DNA from: Candidatus Falkowbacteria bacterium
Lineage (GTDB): Bacteria; Patescibacteriota; Patescibacteriia; Patescibacteriales; UBA12465
Assembly (NCBI GenBank): GCA_903847415.1
Contig: CAINDR010000054.1
Location: 1-59,825 of the forward strand
DNA: 59,825 bases
Direction: 5' to 3'
Below the pieces are notes generated by a model. That model saw nothing but the letters and a program-made list of their open reading frames with translations. It had not been told where the DNA came from and did not search any database. Positions within the stretch are counted from its first letter, which is position 1. Each line of letters begins with the position of its first letter. The position numbers were made by a program, and so were the translations under genes. Positions 47,930 through 57,998 of this stretch are shown one piece after another.

Positions 47930-49447
47930 CTATAATTCAATTAAAGCCCCATTTTCATGTTGATAGATTGGTGCTAATTTTTTCAGAATTGGTAAAATTT
48001 TATTTAAATCACCACGCAAACCATAAGTTTCAATAACTCTTCGCTCTGGAAAGAAGATTTTATCACTACGACTGGTGATAATAATTGCCTGATCTGGTAA
48101 ATCTTTCAGAAGCTTTGCGGCCATAATCCGATTTGCAGAAACCTTTCGGCGCACAGCTAAAATATTATTTGGATCGGAAAATAAAATTTGCTGAAAACTA
48201 ATTGCACTAAAAATTATTAAGACCACCAAGCTAAAATATTTTAATTTCCAGCGACGAGAAACTTCATCAATCACCAAGGAAACAAAGGGCAAGCTTAGAA
48301 CAAATAAAATTAACCAATAACGAACATAAGAAGCTCCTAGCTGGTTAAGGCGCAAAGTTCGCAAATCTTCAAATTGCCAAGAACCATAGTAGTTAAGCAA
48401 CCAAACAAAAATAAAGATAGTTAGCCAAAAATAAAGCTTTGAACTTTTCGTTTGCTCTCGCCATTTTTTTAAATAAAGAAAAATACCAAAAACTGAAAAC
48501 AAGGCGGTGAAAGGTGAACTTAAAATAAAATAATGCCAAAAATTAGAAACAGCCAACCAGGGGTGAAAACCAAAAGGAATCAGAGCCTGCTTTAATAATC
48601 GAATAACTGGGTTAGTTTGAATAACTAATTCTGGTAATTTATCATAACCGGAAATGAGAAAGCTGCCATAAATTAATTCCTGAAAAAATAAAGAAGGAAA
48701 AATTGCCAACCACGCACCAAGAATCATCACAACAACACCCAATAAGCTGAATTCTTTTTTCTTACTTACTAAAATCACAAAATAAATCAGTGCCAACCAA
48801 ACAAACTCCGCTGGTCTAATCGCTAAAGCCAATCCAGAAAAAAGACCAAAAGCCCCCCATAAGCAAAGCTGATTTTTCTTTAAATAAATTAAGACCGCCA
48901 AACTGATCAAAACAAAGGAGGTAAAAGGCACATTTGGCAGTAATGATTCAAAAGAATAATATTGCCAAGGAGCGCTAAACAAAAGAAGAATGGAGGAAAA
49001 AAGCGCAATTTTTTCCGAAGAAAATACTTTTTTAAGTAAAAAATAAAAAGCCCAAACACCCCCAAGCATGACAAGCGGCGTAAAATAAATAATCGCCCCT
49101 AGTCCAAAGAACTTTGCCAAAAAAGCATATAGAATAATTAATCCCAAAAAACTACCAGGAACCAATGATCCTGAAAAATTAACGTTAAAGCTACGGGGAT
49201 GAACTAGGTTGTCGGCAAATGAATTGACTGGCTCAGGGATCGCTAAGCGATGATTGGTGCTTAATTCCCTAACCCAAAAATAATTAGCAACTTCATCTGG
49301 CCAATCAAATTTTGGACCATTTTCTAGCTCTAATTTAATTGGAGTAATCACAATAAACTGAAAAATCAAAAATAAAACTGAAAAAGAGAGTAAAATTTTC
49401 AGTGGTGAAAAATGAATTGTTTTTAATCGATGAAAAAAATTAATCAT
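47930..49447 (-). CDS. GT-C (PMT/ArnT-like) membrane glycosyltransferase
   Basis: PDE motif after TM1, multi-TM, ALAIRP, YVRYW. Confidence 0.7.
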   Translation of the reverse strand: MINFFHRLKTIHFSPLKILLSFSVLFLIFQFIVITPIKLELENGPKFDWPDEVANYFWVRELSTNHRLAIPEPVNSFADNLVHPRSFNVNFSGSLVPGSFLGLIILYAFLAKFFGLGAIIYFTPLVMLGGVWAFYFLLKKVFSSEKIALFSSILLLFSAPWQYYSFESLLPNVPFTSFVLISLAVLIYLKKNQLCLWGAFGLFSGLALAIRPAEFVWLALIYFVILVSKKKEFSLLGVVVMILGAWLAIFPSLFFQELIYGSFLISGYDKLPELVIQTNPVIRLLKQALIPFGFHPWLAVSNFWHYFILSSPFTALFSVFGIFLYLKKWREQTKSSKLYFWLTIFIFVWLLNYYGSWQFEDLRTLRLNQLGASYVRYWLILFVLSLPFVSLVIDEVSRRWKLKYFSLVVLIIFSAISFQQILFSDPNNILAVRRKVSANRIMAAKLLKDLPDQAIIITSRSDKIFFPERRVIETYGLRGDLNKILPILKKLAPIYQHENGALIEL

Positions 49448-49457
49448 AATTTTAAAG

Positions 49458-52121
49458 TTATTTTTTTCTTTTCGAAAAATAAAATTTTACTAGCTCAAGC
49501 ATTGCTAGATTAATAATTGCAATTAAACACACCAGAAGCCAGATATTAGGCTTCAGCGGGTTTGTACTAAGTAGACGATTAAAAAATGGCAAATAAATTG
49601 CTAGAAACATCAAGGTTACTCCAGCAAAAAAAGCTAGCAACAAATAAGGATTACGGAGGTGATTAGTTTTAAAAATAGAAGTACTTAAATTTCTAATACT
49701 AAAAATACTCAATAATGATTTAAAGATCACAATCGCAAAAAAGACACTGCGCAAATAATCTTCACTCCAAGTTAAAATATTTAATCTGGTAGCTAAATAA
49801 TAATATAAAATAAAAATTCCCAAATCACGAAAAATTCCCACACCTAAAATAATCACTTTCATTTGATCATTAAAAATTGGCTCCTTTCTTTTTATCGGTT
49901 TGCGATCCATCACATCTTCATCGCCACCTTCAAAAGCCAAAGAAAAATTTGGCAAACCATCGTTAACAATATTAATCCAAAGAATTTGAGTTGGGAGAAG
50001 AGCTAATGGTAAATGAAACAAAATTGAACCCAGAATTAAAAACATTTCCGAAAACGAATCAGCAATAAGATAAGTGAGAGATTTTCTAATGTTATCAAAA
50101 ATAATTCGCCCTTGCTTGATTGCTCCGACAATCACGCTAAAATTATCATCTAGTAAAACTAGATCAGCAGTTTCTTTGGCAACCTCTGTCCCCGAACCAA
50201 GACACACGCCAATATCTGCCGCCTTAAGAGCCGGAGAATCATTGAGTCCGTCACCGGTCATGGCTACCACTTCTCGATTATGCTTCAAAGCTTTGACGAT
50301 TCTAATTTTATGCTCTGGGCTAACTCGCGCAAAAACAGAAACCTGGCGAACCAAGTCTCGCAAATCATGATCGCTAGTTTGATCTAAAATATCACCAGTG
50401 ATAATTCTCCCATTTTTGGAAGTAATTTTTAATTCTGTAGCAATAGAAAAAGCAGTACCGGGATGATCACCAGTAATAATAATTGGCCTAATACCCGCTT
50501 TTTTACACAAAGCAATCGTTGCCTTTGCCTCCTTTCTCAAGGGATCTCGAAAAGTAGCGAAAGCAACAAAAATAAGCTTTTGATCAACTAAACTCCAGTC
50601 TTTCTGCTCTGACTTAACGTCAAAAGTATTTTTTTTCAATTCACGTTTTGCTAAGGCGATTACGCGAAAACCCTGGGCAGTAAGAGCTTCATATTTTTTT
50701 AAGATCTTTTCACGATCAATTGTTGTTAAGGTTTTTAATTCGCCATTACTCTGAAAATGAGAACATTTTTTTAAAACAATTTCACCAGCTCCCTTTTCAT
50801 ACAAGATCGGGCCATTAATTCCTTGATGCAAGCTGATCATGAATTTTTTATCGCTACTAAAAGGGAGTTCCGCTAGGCGAGGTGATTTTTCAAGAAATGA
50901 TTCTCGACTCCAACCCAAATTAGCAGCAGTCTTTAAAAAAGACACTTCTAAAGCTGAGCCAAGGTCACGACCGCCACTTCCGGCCAAAACGGCATTATTA
51001 CACAAGAGGCCAATTTGAAAAGCTTCCCCAAAATCCACCAGTTGATTCAGTTTTTTTTCATCCAATAGATGAACGATTTTAAATTGCTCAAAGAAAGAAT
51101 GAATCTCTTCTAGCTTCATTATCCCCTCGGTGAGGGTGCCGGTCTTGTCGGAGCAAATAACCGTAATTGAACCCAAAGTTTCAGCAGCCAAGAGTTTTCT
51201 GGTTAATGCCTTTTTCTTGACCGTCTGATGCATCCCCAAGGCTAAAATAACCGTTACCGCCACTGACATTCCTTCAGGGATAATAGCCACAGCAATCGCG
51301 ACTGAAGCGGAAAAAATAGAAATAATTGGAAAACCATTTAAGATGCCCGCCAAAAAGACAATCGCACAAATAAACAAGGTGGTAATTCCTAAAAATTTTG
51401 AAATACCAGTCAGTCTTTCCTGAAGTGGTGTTGATTCATTTTCAGTATTTTTAACCATTTCAGAAATTTTACCAATTTCTGTATTTCGACCAGTAGCCAC
51501 AACGACTGCTAAGCCATTTCCGTTAAGAATATTCGTACCAGCAAAAACCATACTTCTCCGATCAGCAAGAGCAACGCCTTTCTCACTGGGTTGAACACTC
51601 TTATGCACTGCTGAAGATTCGCCAGTTAAACTAGCTTCATTTGCTTCTAATTCAGAAACTTCAAACAATCGAGCGTCCGCGAGCACAAACCGTCCTGGTC
51701 GCAAAATTAAAACATCACCAGGAACTAAATCAGCAGCCAAAACTTCTACATCAAGTCCATCTCTTCTGACCAGAGCTCGATATTCAATCATTAATTTTAA
51801 TTTATTTAAGGCTCGATTAGCCTTATCTTCCTGAAAATAACCAATGAACACATTGATCACAACAGCAGCGATAATCACTTGCGCATCAGCCCCTTCTCCC
51901 ACAAAAAATGACAGAGCAGCGGCAATCAATAAGATAAAAATCAAGGAATTATTAAATTGACCAAGAAAAACTTTCCACCGACTATAAGGTTTCTCTTTAC
52001 TTAAAATATTCAAACCATGCTCTTTTAATCTATTTTCCGCCTCTTCTTTTGATAAGCCAGATTCGGAAGAATTAAGCATCCGAAAAACCTCATCGCTTAA
52101 TAAATAATAAAATTCGAGCAT
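49458..52121 (-). CDS. P-type cation-transporting ATPase (type IIA-like)
   Basis: LTGES, IPEG, CSDKTGTLT, KGAGE, ITGD, MTGDGLNDSPAL, QILWINIVND. Confidence 0.95.
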   Translation of the reverse strand: MLEFYYLLSDEVFRMLNSSESGLSKEEAENRLKEHGLNILSKEKPYSRWKVFLGQFNNSLIFILLIAAALSFFVGEGADAQVIIAAVVINVFIGYFQEDKANRALNKLKLMIEYRALVRRDGLDVEVLAADLVPGDVLILRPGRFVLADARLFEVSELEANEASLTGESSAVHKSVQPSEKGVALADRRSMVFAGTNILNGNGLAVVVATGRNTEIGKISEMVKNTENESTPLQERLTGISKFLGITTLFICAIVFLAGILNGFPIISIFSASVAIAVAIIPEGMSVAVTVILALGMHQTVKKKALTRKLLAAETLGSITVICSDKTGTLTEGIMKLEEIHSFFEQFKIVHLLDEKKLNQLVDFGEAFQIGLLCNNAVLAGSGGRDLGSALEVSFLKTAANLGWSRESFLEKSPRLAELPFSSDKKFMISLHQGINGPILYEKGAGEIVLKKCSHFQSNGELKTLTTIDREKILKKYEALTAQGFRVIALAKRELKKNTFDVKSEQKDWSLVDQKLIFVAFATFRDPLRKEAKATIALCKKAGIRPIIITGDHPGTAFSIATELKITSKNGRIITGDILDQTSDHDLRDLVRQVSVFARVSPEHKIRIVKALKHNREVVAMTGDGLNDSPALKAADIGVCLGSGTEVAKETADLVLLDDNFSVIVGAIKQGRIIFDNIRKSLTYLIADSFSEMFLILGSILFHLPLALLPTQILWINIVNDGLPNFSLAFEGGDEDVMDRKPIKRKEPIFNDQMKVIILGVGIFRDLGIFILYYYLATRLNILTWSEDYLRSVFFAIVIFKSLLSIFSIRNLSTSIFKTNHLRNPYLLLAFFAGVTLMFLAIYLPFFNRLLSTNPLKPNIWLLVCLIAIINLAMLELVKFYFSKRKK

Positions 52122-52140
52122 AAAAATTTAGTTTACCAAT

Positions 52141-53427
52141 CTATTGAAAGAAACTATAAAACATGGAAAGTGACGCCAAAGACATAATTACAAAAGTAAG
52201 CCAGACCAAGCCAGTGGAAATTATTCCGCTACGATACTCTCCCATGATTTTCTTATTTCTAGCGATTTTAGCAACCAAGAATAATAATGGAACCGCAGCC
52301 ACTCCGTTGAATACTGCTGCAAAGACCAAGGCTTTCATTGGATCAATATTTAGGAAATTAATCATTAAGCCAATTAGCGTTGCAATTGTAATTACTCCAT
52401 AAAAACCATGAGCTCTTTTAAATTTGAGATTTAAACCATCGCGCCAATTCATTGCCTCCGAAAGAGCGTAAGCAGCCGAGCCAGAAAGGACTGGCACCGC
52501 CAAAAGACCCAAGCCAATGATTCCAAAAGCAAATAAAGCTTTTGCCAAAATACCAGAATAAGGGAAAGATTGAACTAACGGCTCTAAAGCACGAGCGGCG
52601 TCCGCGGCTGTGCCGATGTTAGTGACTCCATTATTATGCAGCACTGTTCCGGCCAAAACAATAATACACCAAGCTGCTGACTGAGAAGCAAGCATGCCGA
52701 TAAAATTATCTACCCGCAAATCTTTCAAAAAATTTTTCAAACCGCGTGGGCGATCATTTCGACGAATCAAGTGACGAGCTCTCTCCTCCTCTACTTCTTG
52801 AGAGGCCTCCCAAAAAAACATGTAAGGAGAAATTGTGGTTCCAAGCACACCGGTAATCACAAAAAAGAAAGCAAAAGAAAATTCAATATTGGGGATAAAA
52901 GTGGCCCTCACAATCTCGTCCCAAGGTTGAGAAACCAAAAGAACAGAGATTGGATAAGCTAATAAAGAAATAATAAACCACTTCAAAATTTTTGAATAAG
53001 TACGGTAAGAAACAAAAATTTCTAAAACTAAAATTAAAGCTGTGAAGAATAATAAAAGAATTGAAAAGTTAACCGGCAGTAATAATTGAGCTGCTTCAGC
53101 CATTGCACCAATATTCGCCCCAATATTAATTGTATTTGCAACTAACACTAAACCAACTACAAAGAATAAAACCTTTTTACTGTAATATTGTTTAATAACC
53201 GCTGCTAAACCCTTCCCGTTCACTGCACCAATTCTGGCGCAAGATTCCTGAACAGCAACCATCAGTGGGAATAACCAAGCCATTGACCATAACTGTCCAT
53301 AACCAAATTGAGCACCAGTCTGAGAATAAGTCGCAATTCCAGATGGATCATCATCAGCTGCTCCTGTAACAATTCCCGGTCCAGCGACCTTAAAAAATTT
53401 CTTGATTTTCTTCAAAACTTTGTACAT
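52141..53427 (-). CDS. NRAMP-family divalent metal transporter
   Basis: GPG..AADDDPSGIATYSQTGAQFGY, GTTISPY. Confidence 0.88.
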   Translation of the reverse strand: MYKVLKKIKKFFKVAGPGIVTGAADDDPSGIATYSQTGAQFGYGQLWSMAWLFPLMVAVQESCARIGAVNGKGLAAVIKQYYSKKVLFFVVGLVLVANTINIGANIGAMAEAAQLLLPVNFSILLLFFTALILVLEIFVSYRTYSKILKWFIISLLAYPISVLLVSQPWDEIVRATFIPNIEFSFAFFFVITGVLGTTISPYMFFWEASQEVEEERARHLIRRNDRPRGLKNFLKDLRVDNFIGMLASQSAAWCIIVLAGTVLHNNGVTNIGTAADAARALEPLVQSFPYSGILAKALFAFGIIGLGLLAVPVLSGSAAYALSEAMNWRDGLNLKFKRAHGFYGVITIATLIGLMINFLNIDPMKALVFAAVFNGVAAVPLLFLVAKIARNKKIMGEYRSGIISTGLVWLTFVIMSLASLSMFYSFFQ

Positions 53428-53574
53428 AAAAACGGATCTTTTAATTATTAGATATTTACCAGAATATTATAACAAAGAAAAACATAATTAAAAAATAAAT
53501 TTACTTCTATTTGACAAATAACCACTTTATTTGTAAGATACTTGAAACCAGATTTTTAACAAATATATCAAACC

Positions 53575-54102
53575 ATGAAAAAAATAATAGAAGTTAACAG
53601 AGGACCTGGGCATCTTTTTCCCAAAAAGTTTGAAGATGAATATGGAAAATTTTCAATTAATGACTGCAACCAACGGTCTTATGAAGTAAACCGATTTTCC
53701 TTAAACGATTTAATTTTTTTGCAACACCCATATTCAAAAAAGTTAATCTGTGGCTCAGAATTTGAGGCATGGATCAAAAAACAAGGATTTGTGCCTTTGG
53801 ATATTTTTCAGGCAAGAACTATTTTTAGTAAAAGAGAAACATTAAAAGCTTTAATCGAAAAATGGCGCCAAGAGTGGTGGGAATTGCGCAAGCCAAATTT
53901 TTTAGCAACAATCAACTTCTTTGGCAGCACAACCTTTAAAGAGGGTGGCGATGGGGTATTTCATATTCCCTGCTTTAAATTAGCTCGACAATGTTGTTGT
54001 GAACTAGAAGAAATGGTGGCTTACGAAAACACGAAGTGGATGGGGCAAAATGATTTTGCCTTAGTCTTCAAAAAAGAATTTATTAAACAACTGGGAATTT
54101 AA
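53575..54102 (+). CDS. hypothetical protein
   Basis: 175-aa ORF with its own TTGACA-N17-TAAGAT promoter and a downstream terminator. Confidence 0.6.
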   Translation: MKKIIEVNRGPGHLFPKKFEDEYGKFSINDCNQRSYEVNRFSLNDLIFLQHPYSKKLICGSEFEAWIKKQGFVPLDIFQARTIFSKRETLKALIEKWRQEWWELRKPNFLATINFFGSTTFKEGGDGVFHIPCFKLARQCCCELEEMVAYENTKWMGQNDFALVFKKEFIKQLGI

Positions 54103-54120
54103 AAAAGTTCCCAAAAATCA

Positions 54121-54158
54121 AAAGACGGAACAAGCATTATGCTCACTCCGTCTTTTTT
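54121..54158. terminator. bidirectional terminator
   Basis: AAAGACGGA...TCCGTCTTTTTT. Confidence 0.65.
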
Positions 54159-54179
54159 ATTTTCTCTATTTGTAATATC

Positions 54180-55634
54180 TTATAACTTCCCAAATTCAAA
54201 ATAATCATCAATTTTGAGTTGCTTCACAAAATCTTCCATATGACTAACAATAATCACCGCTCCTTCATATTTATTAATCGCTTCAGCAATTACTGGTAAA
54301 TGACGAAAGTTAATATGATTAGTTGGCTCATCAAAAATCAGGATACCTGGCTTCATTAAGACCAAACGAGCAAAGGAAACCAAGCCTTTCTGTCCTTCGG
54401 AAAGTTCAGAAATTTTACTACCCATTAATTCACCATTGATTAGAAAACCAGCGGCAATTGATCTCATTTCCGGAACATCCAAACCGTCAGCCATCGAATC
54501 TTTCAGAGAGTCAAAAACTGTTTGATTGAAATCGAGAGTCGAAAAATCTTGGCTATAATAACCAAGTCTCACTCCCGACATAATTTTTGCTCCTTCATAA
54601 TTTCCAGCCGCTAGTGTGCGCAAGAAAGTGGATTTACCGATACCATTGGGGCCGGAAACTAAAATATGATCTTGACGGCCAATTTTTCTAACAAAATCTT
54701 TATCAGTTGCTTCGTGATTCTTAATAATTTTTACTGACTTAATTTCAGCAACTGTGCCAGACAAATCTTCTTGGCAAGGAATAGTGAAATCACGAATGGT
54801 TTTATCCTCTCGACGAACGTCAACCATATCTTCTTCAAGTTCTTCGGTTTCAGTTCTCATTTTCTTAGCTAATTTTCTCATCTTACCACCTTTATTAGCA
54901 AAAAAGTTTACCTTCTCTTTTCGGTCTTTAATTAATTTCTCTAATTGAGCATTTTTGCGCTCTTCTCTTTCTACCCGATCTTTAATTTCTTCAACTACTG
55001 AATAATAATCGCCAACATAGATTTCAGTTTGATGAGTATAACCATCTAAATAAATAACCCCCTCGGTGAAACAATTTAAAAAGTCAGCATCATGAGAAAT
55101 CACTAAAACAGTTTTGTCATACATGATAATAAATTGAATCAAGTGATCAATCCCAGCGGCATCAAGGTTATTTGTTGGTTCATCAAGCAATAAAATATCT
55201 GGATTTTGAATCAAGGCATAAGCTAAAAGCAAGCGAGCTTGTTGACCGCCAGAAAGCTCGCCAACAATCCGATCCAAAGGAATCTCAAAATTAACCGCAT
55301 TCAAGGCCTTGCTAATCAGACTACGTAAAGCTGGCGGAACTGGTGTGAAGGCTTGAGCAAAATACTGCTCAACATTGAGAGCAAGTTCATCCTGACCAAT
55401 CACCTGTTTTGCAGTGCCAATGGTTGCTCCGTTTTTAATCGAAATTGCACCGTTTTTTGGTTTTAACTCACCACGAATTAAGCCAAAAATCGTGCTCTTT
55501 CCTGCCCCATTTTGCCCCATGAGAGTTATTTTTGAGCCTGAACGCAAAGAAAAACTTGCTTCATGCAAGATTGGTTTCTTGTGTACATATTCAAAATCGA
55601 CTTCGCTAAAACGAAGGACTACTTCTTCAGCCAT
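54180..55634 (-). CDS. ABC-F family ATPase
   Basis: Two ABC domains (GQNGAGKS, LSGGQ, LDEPTNNLD; GPNGIGKS, LSEGQ, DEPTNH), linker, no TM. Confidence 0.9.
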   Translation of the reverse strand: MAEEVVLRFSEVDFEYVHKKPILHEASFSLRSGSKITLMGQNGAGKSTIFGLIRGELKPKNGAISIKNGATIGTAKQVIGQDELALNVEQYFAQAFTPVPPALRSLISKALNAVNFEIPLDRIVGELSGGQQARLLLAYALIQNPDILLLDEPTNNLDAAGIDHLIQFIIMYDKTVLVISHDADFLNCFTEGVIYLDGYTHQTEIYVGDYYSVVEEIKDRVEREERKNAQLEKLIKDRKEKVNFFANKGGKMRKLAKKMRTETEELEEDMVDVRREDKTIRDFTIPCQEDLSGTVAEIKSVKIIKNHEATDKDFVRKIGRQDHILVSGPNGIGKSTFLRTLAAGNYEGAKIMSGVRLGYYSQDFSTLDFNQTVFDSLKDSMADGLDVPEMRSIAAGFLINGELMGSKISELSEGQKGLVSFARLVLMKPGILIFDEPTNHINFRHLPVIAEAINKYEGAVIIVSHMEDFVKQLKIDDYFEFGKL

Positions 55635-55737
55635 AAGATATTAGATAAATTTATTGATTTCTTAGTGTAACAGAAAAGCTCAAAAAAAGCAAAAAGTCGC
55701 CAAAAAAGACGACTTATTACCTAAAATTTAATGAATT

Positions 55738-56106
55738 TTATTGGTTAATGGTTGTTGTTGCTGGGACGGAACCCTCAACTTCTGGAACTTGAGTTTCTGG
55801 GACACCTGCTGGCATATTACCAGGGCCAGAACCATCTCTAGGGCCAGATCCACGGTTTGAATCACGCATCATTGGGCAAGAGTCTTTTTCCCCACCACAT
55901 TGACCAGATCCTTCACGATTAAAGCTATTGGCATTCTTTTGATTAAGGTATCTACCCTCTGAGCGATCACCAAAACGAGCGCCAATGCTAACACCAATTA
56001 AAAATACCACCAAGGCAACTGCGATTGCCATTGCGATTTTTAGCCATTTTTTATGACATGCGCACTTACCGCCGGAACAGCAAGCGTCTTTTGTGTTTTC
56101 TTCCAT
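55738..56106 (-). CDS. single-TM hypothetical protein with Cys-rich N-terminus
   Basis: In-frame ATG at 56106 (MEENTKDACC), TM, low-complexity tail. Confidence 0.6.
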   Translation of the reverse strand: MEENTKDACCSGGKCACHKKWLKIAMAIAVALVVFLIGVSIGARFGDRSEGRYLNQKNANSFNREGSGQCGGEKDSCPMMRDSNRGSGPRDGSGPGNMPAGVPETQVPEVEGSVPATTTINQ

Positions 56107-56267
56107 AGATATTAAAATATTAGAGGCCAAACGGCCATTTACTAGTTATACGCAAGTGAAAGGAAAAAAATTTTAGTCCCCACACCATTAAATAAGATTA
56201 TAGCTCAAAGAACTTTTGATTAACAGTTTTATTGTTAAAATCATAAATTAATAAAATACTTGGCTGT

Positions 56268-56295
56268 TTGACATCTTTCTAAATTTTGCTAAAAT
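56268..56295 (+). promoter_or_regulatory. promoter of tRNA-Asn
   Basis: TTGACA-N16-TAAAAT with an extended -10 TG. Confidence 0.7.
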
Positions 56296-56392
56296 GTTAT
56301 CAGTCATAAATAAACCGAAAGGTTTTTTTCTTTGACTAGAAATTAACAAGCAAAATATTCCCGGGTAGCGCAGCGGTAGCGCAGTTGACTGT

Positions 56393-56942
56393 GAACTCTT
56401 TCTTGTCTTTGGTATAATATTTATATATGCCAAAAGAAAAGAGAAAATACGCCGATCGTGCTGAGTATTTAAAACAAGCAGTTGTCAAAAGACGAAAGAA
56501 AATTCGACAACTAGCAATTGAATACAAAGGTGGCAAATGTTCCCTTTGTGGATATGAAAAATGTCTACGAGCCCTTGAATTCCATCACTTGGAATCTGAC
56601 GAAAAAGATTTTGGTATTTCTGCAAAAGGTTATACTAGAAGCTGGGACTCAGTAAAACAGGAGCTCGATAAGTGCATTTTAGTATGCGCAAATTGTCATC
56701 GAGAAGTACACGAAGGCACTACGCAGCTTCCTCAAGTAATTGAGGTCGAAGAACGAGGTGAATTGCTGGAAGCCTAATGCATAAGCTAAGGTAATCAGCA
56801 GCCAAGCCCTGAAGGTTCAGGGAAGGTTCAGAGACTATCCCGCAAGGGAGTAGGGTTATCTGAAGATAATTCGAAGCGCCTCGCATCCGTCACGGACGGA
56901 TGATGATATAGTCCACCCCTTTAGGAAACTATTGGATAAGTG
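56393..56942 (+). ncRNA. group I intron (550 nt; P7.1/P7.2 present, IA-like)
   Basis: Exon ends in U and intron ends in G. P AATTGCTGGAAG (56761), Q AATCAGCAG (56793), R GTTCAGAGACTA (56826), S GATATAGTCC (56905). P3 CGAGGTG/CGCCTCG; P2 with GTAA loop; P8 CATCCGTC/GACGGATG. Confidence 0.93.
56427..56777 (+). CDS. intron-encoded HNH homing endonuclease
   Basis: GGKCSLCGY..LEFHH..KC.LVCANCHREVH, a Zn-finger HNH motif. Confidence 0.88.
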   Translation: MPKEKRKYADRAEYLKQAVVKRRKKIRQLAIEYKGGKCSLCGYEKCLRALEFHHLESDEKDFGISAKGYTRSWDSVKQELDKCILVCANCHREVHEGTTQLPQVIEVEERGELLEA

Positions 56943-57067
56943 TAATCAATTGGTCGTGGGTTCGAATCCCACCCCGGGAGCATAACGAAAAAGAAAGAAT
57001 TTATTCTTTCTTTTTTGGTATGTGCCTCGAAAAGGCAGAATTCGAAGTTTATGCCCCGGATGGGGTA

Positions 57068-57086
57068 AATCCCACCCCGGGAGCCA
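57068..57086 (+). repeat. direct repeat of the tRNA-Asn 3' end (att-like)
   Basis: AATCCCACCCCGGGAGC is identical to 56965-56981; this copy continues to give ..GGGAG-CCA. Confidence 0.85.
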
Positions 57087-57100
57087 AACATAAATAGACT

Positions 57101-57130
57101 CAAAAGACTTAATTTTATTAAGTCTTTTTG
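57101..57130 (+). terminator. intrinsic terminator
   Basis: AAAAGACTTAAT-ttt-ATTAAGTCTTTT. Confidence 0.65.
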
Positions 57131-57272
57131 CGTACACTTAGTAGTAGCTGTTATAATACAACTAAAGCATCAATGGATCTTAAATAGAATTGGGGACTTA
57201 AAACTTTAAAGGAATTAGTCTATAATATTTTTACAACTATTACTAATGCCTTTAATTAACTAATACTTTTTT

Positions 57273-57998
57273 ATGAAGAATATATTTTATTTTGGTGAAC
57301 AGAAAGATGAATTTCCAGTGAGGGTTCTAAACGAAAGAGAGTTGCGAGCTGGAGCTGGAATCCTATTTGCATTTGCCATGATAGCGCTAATGAATGTAAT
57401 TTTACTTGGTAATTTTTATGTAATTAAACTTTTTATTATCATCTTTATTCTTGACTTTATTATTCGGATTTTTATTAATCCCAAGTTTGCCCCCAGTCTT
57501 ATTGTTGGGAGAATGGCGGTATCTAAGCAAAAACCAGAATATGTTGGCGCTCCTCAAAAACGTTTTGCTTGGAGTTTAGGATTAATCTTAGCACTTTTTA
57601 TGTTTTTCGTGACTGTTTTAGGCACAGCTCCGCTCGTCCTGAGCTGTTTAGTTTGCCTCGTCTGTCTCGTTTTATTATTTTTTGAAAGCGCTTTTGGTGT
57701 TTGTGTCGGATGCAAAATCTATAATCTCTTCAACAAAGAAAAGGCCAAGCTTTGCCCTGGCGGTGTTTGTGAGATTCTTAAAAAAGAGGAGATTCAAAAA
57801 GTTAGTGTCACCCAAATCTTTATCGCTCTAATCTTTGTATCCTTCACTGCTTGGCTCACTATAACTGGCGGTTTTTTCTTAAAAAATAACAAATCAATTA
57901 ACAGCTCTGTGATGTCTGATTGTATGCTTAGTAACAGCTCTGATTCTCCTTGCCTAAGTGCACCAAGAAACTTAATAAAATCAAAATCAAACCCTTAA
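57273..57998 (+). CDS. DUF4395-family membrane protein
   Basis: NERELRAGAG, PEYVGAPQKRFAW, FESAFGVCVGCKIY, CPGGVCE. Confidence 0.85.
   Translation: MKNIFYFGEQKDEFPVRVLNERELRAGAGILFAFAMIALMNVILLGNFYVIKLFIIIFILDFIIRIFINPKFAPSLIVGRMAVSKQKPEYVGAPQKRFAWSLGLILALFMFFVTVLGTAPLVLSCLVCLVCLVLLFFESAFGVCVGCKIYNLFNKEKAKLCPGGVCEILKKEEIQKVSVTQIFIALIFVSFTAWLTITGGFFLKNNKSINSSVMSDCMLSNSSDSPCLSAPRNLIKSKSNP

Larger units (their letters stand above)
56359..56980 (+). tRNA. tRNA-Asn(GTT) with intron; exons 56359-56392 and 56943-56980
   Basis: Joined exons give a 72-nt cloverleaf: acceptor TCCCGGG/CCCGGGA, D arm GCGC/GCGC, anticodon arm GTTGA-CTGT|TAA-TCAAT, T arm GTGGG-TTCGAAT-CCCAC, discriminator G. Confidence 0.95.

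Noticed and set aside
56171..57203. Short inverted match TTTTAGTCCCCA / TGGGGACTTAAAA flanking the tRNA locus
   Set aside because: Only 8 contiguous matching bases plus an A-run, which is compatible with chance.
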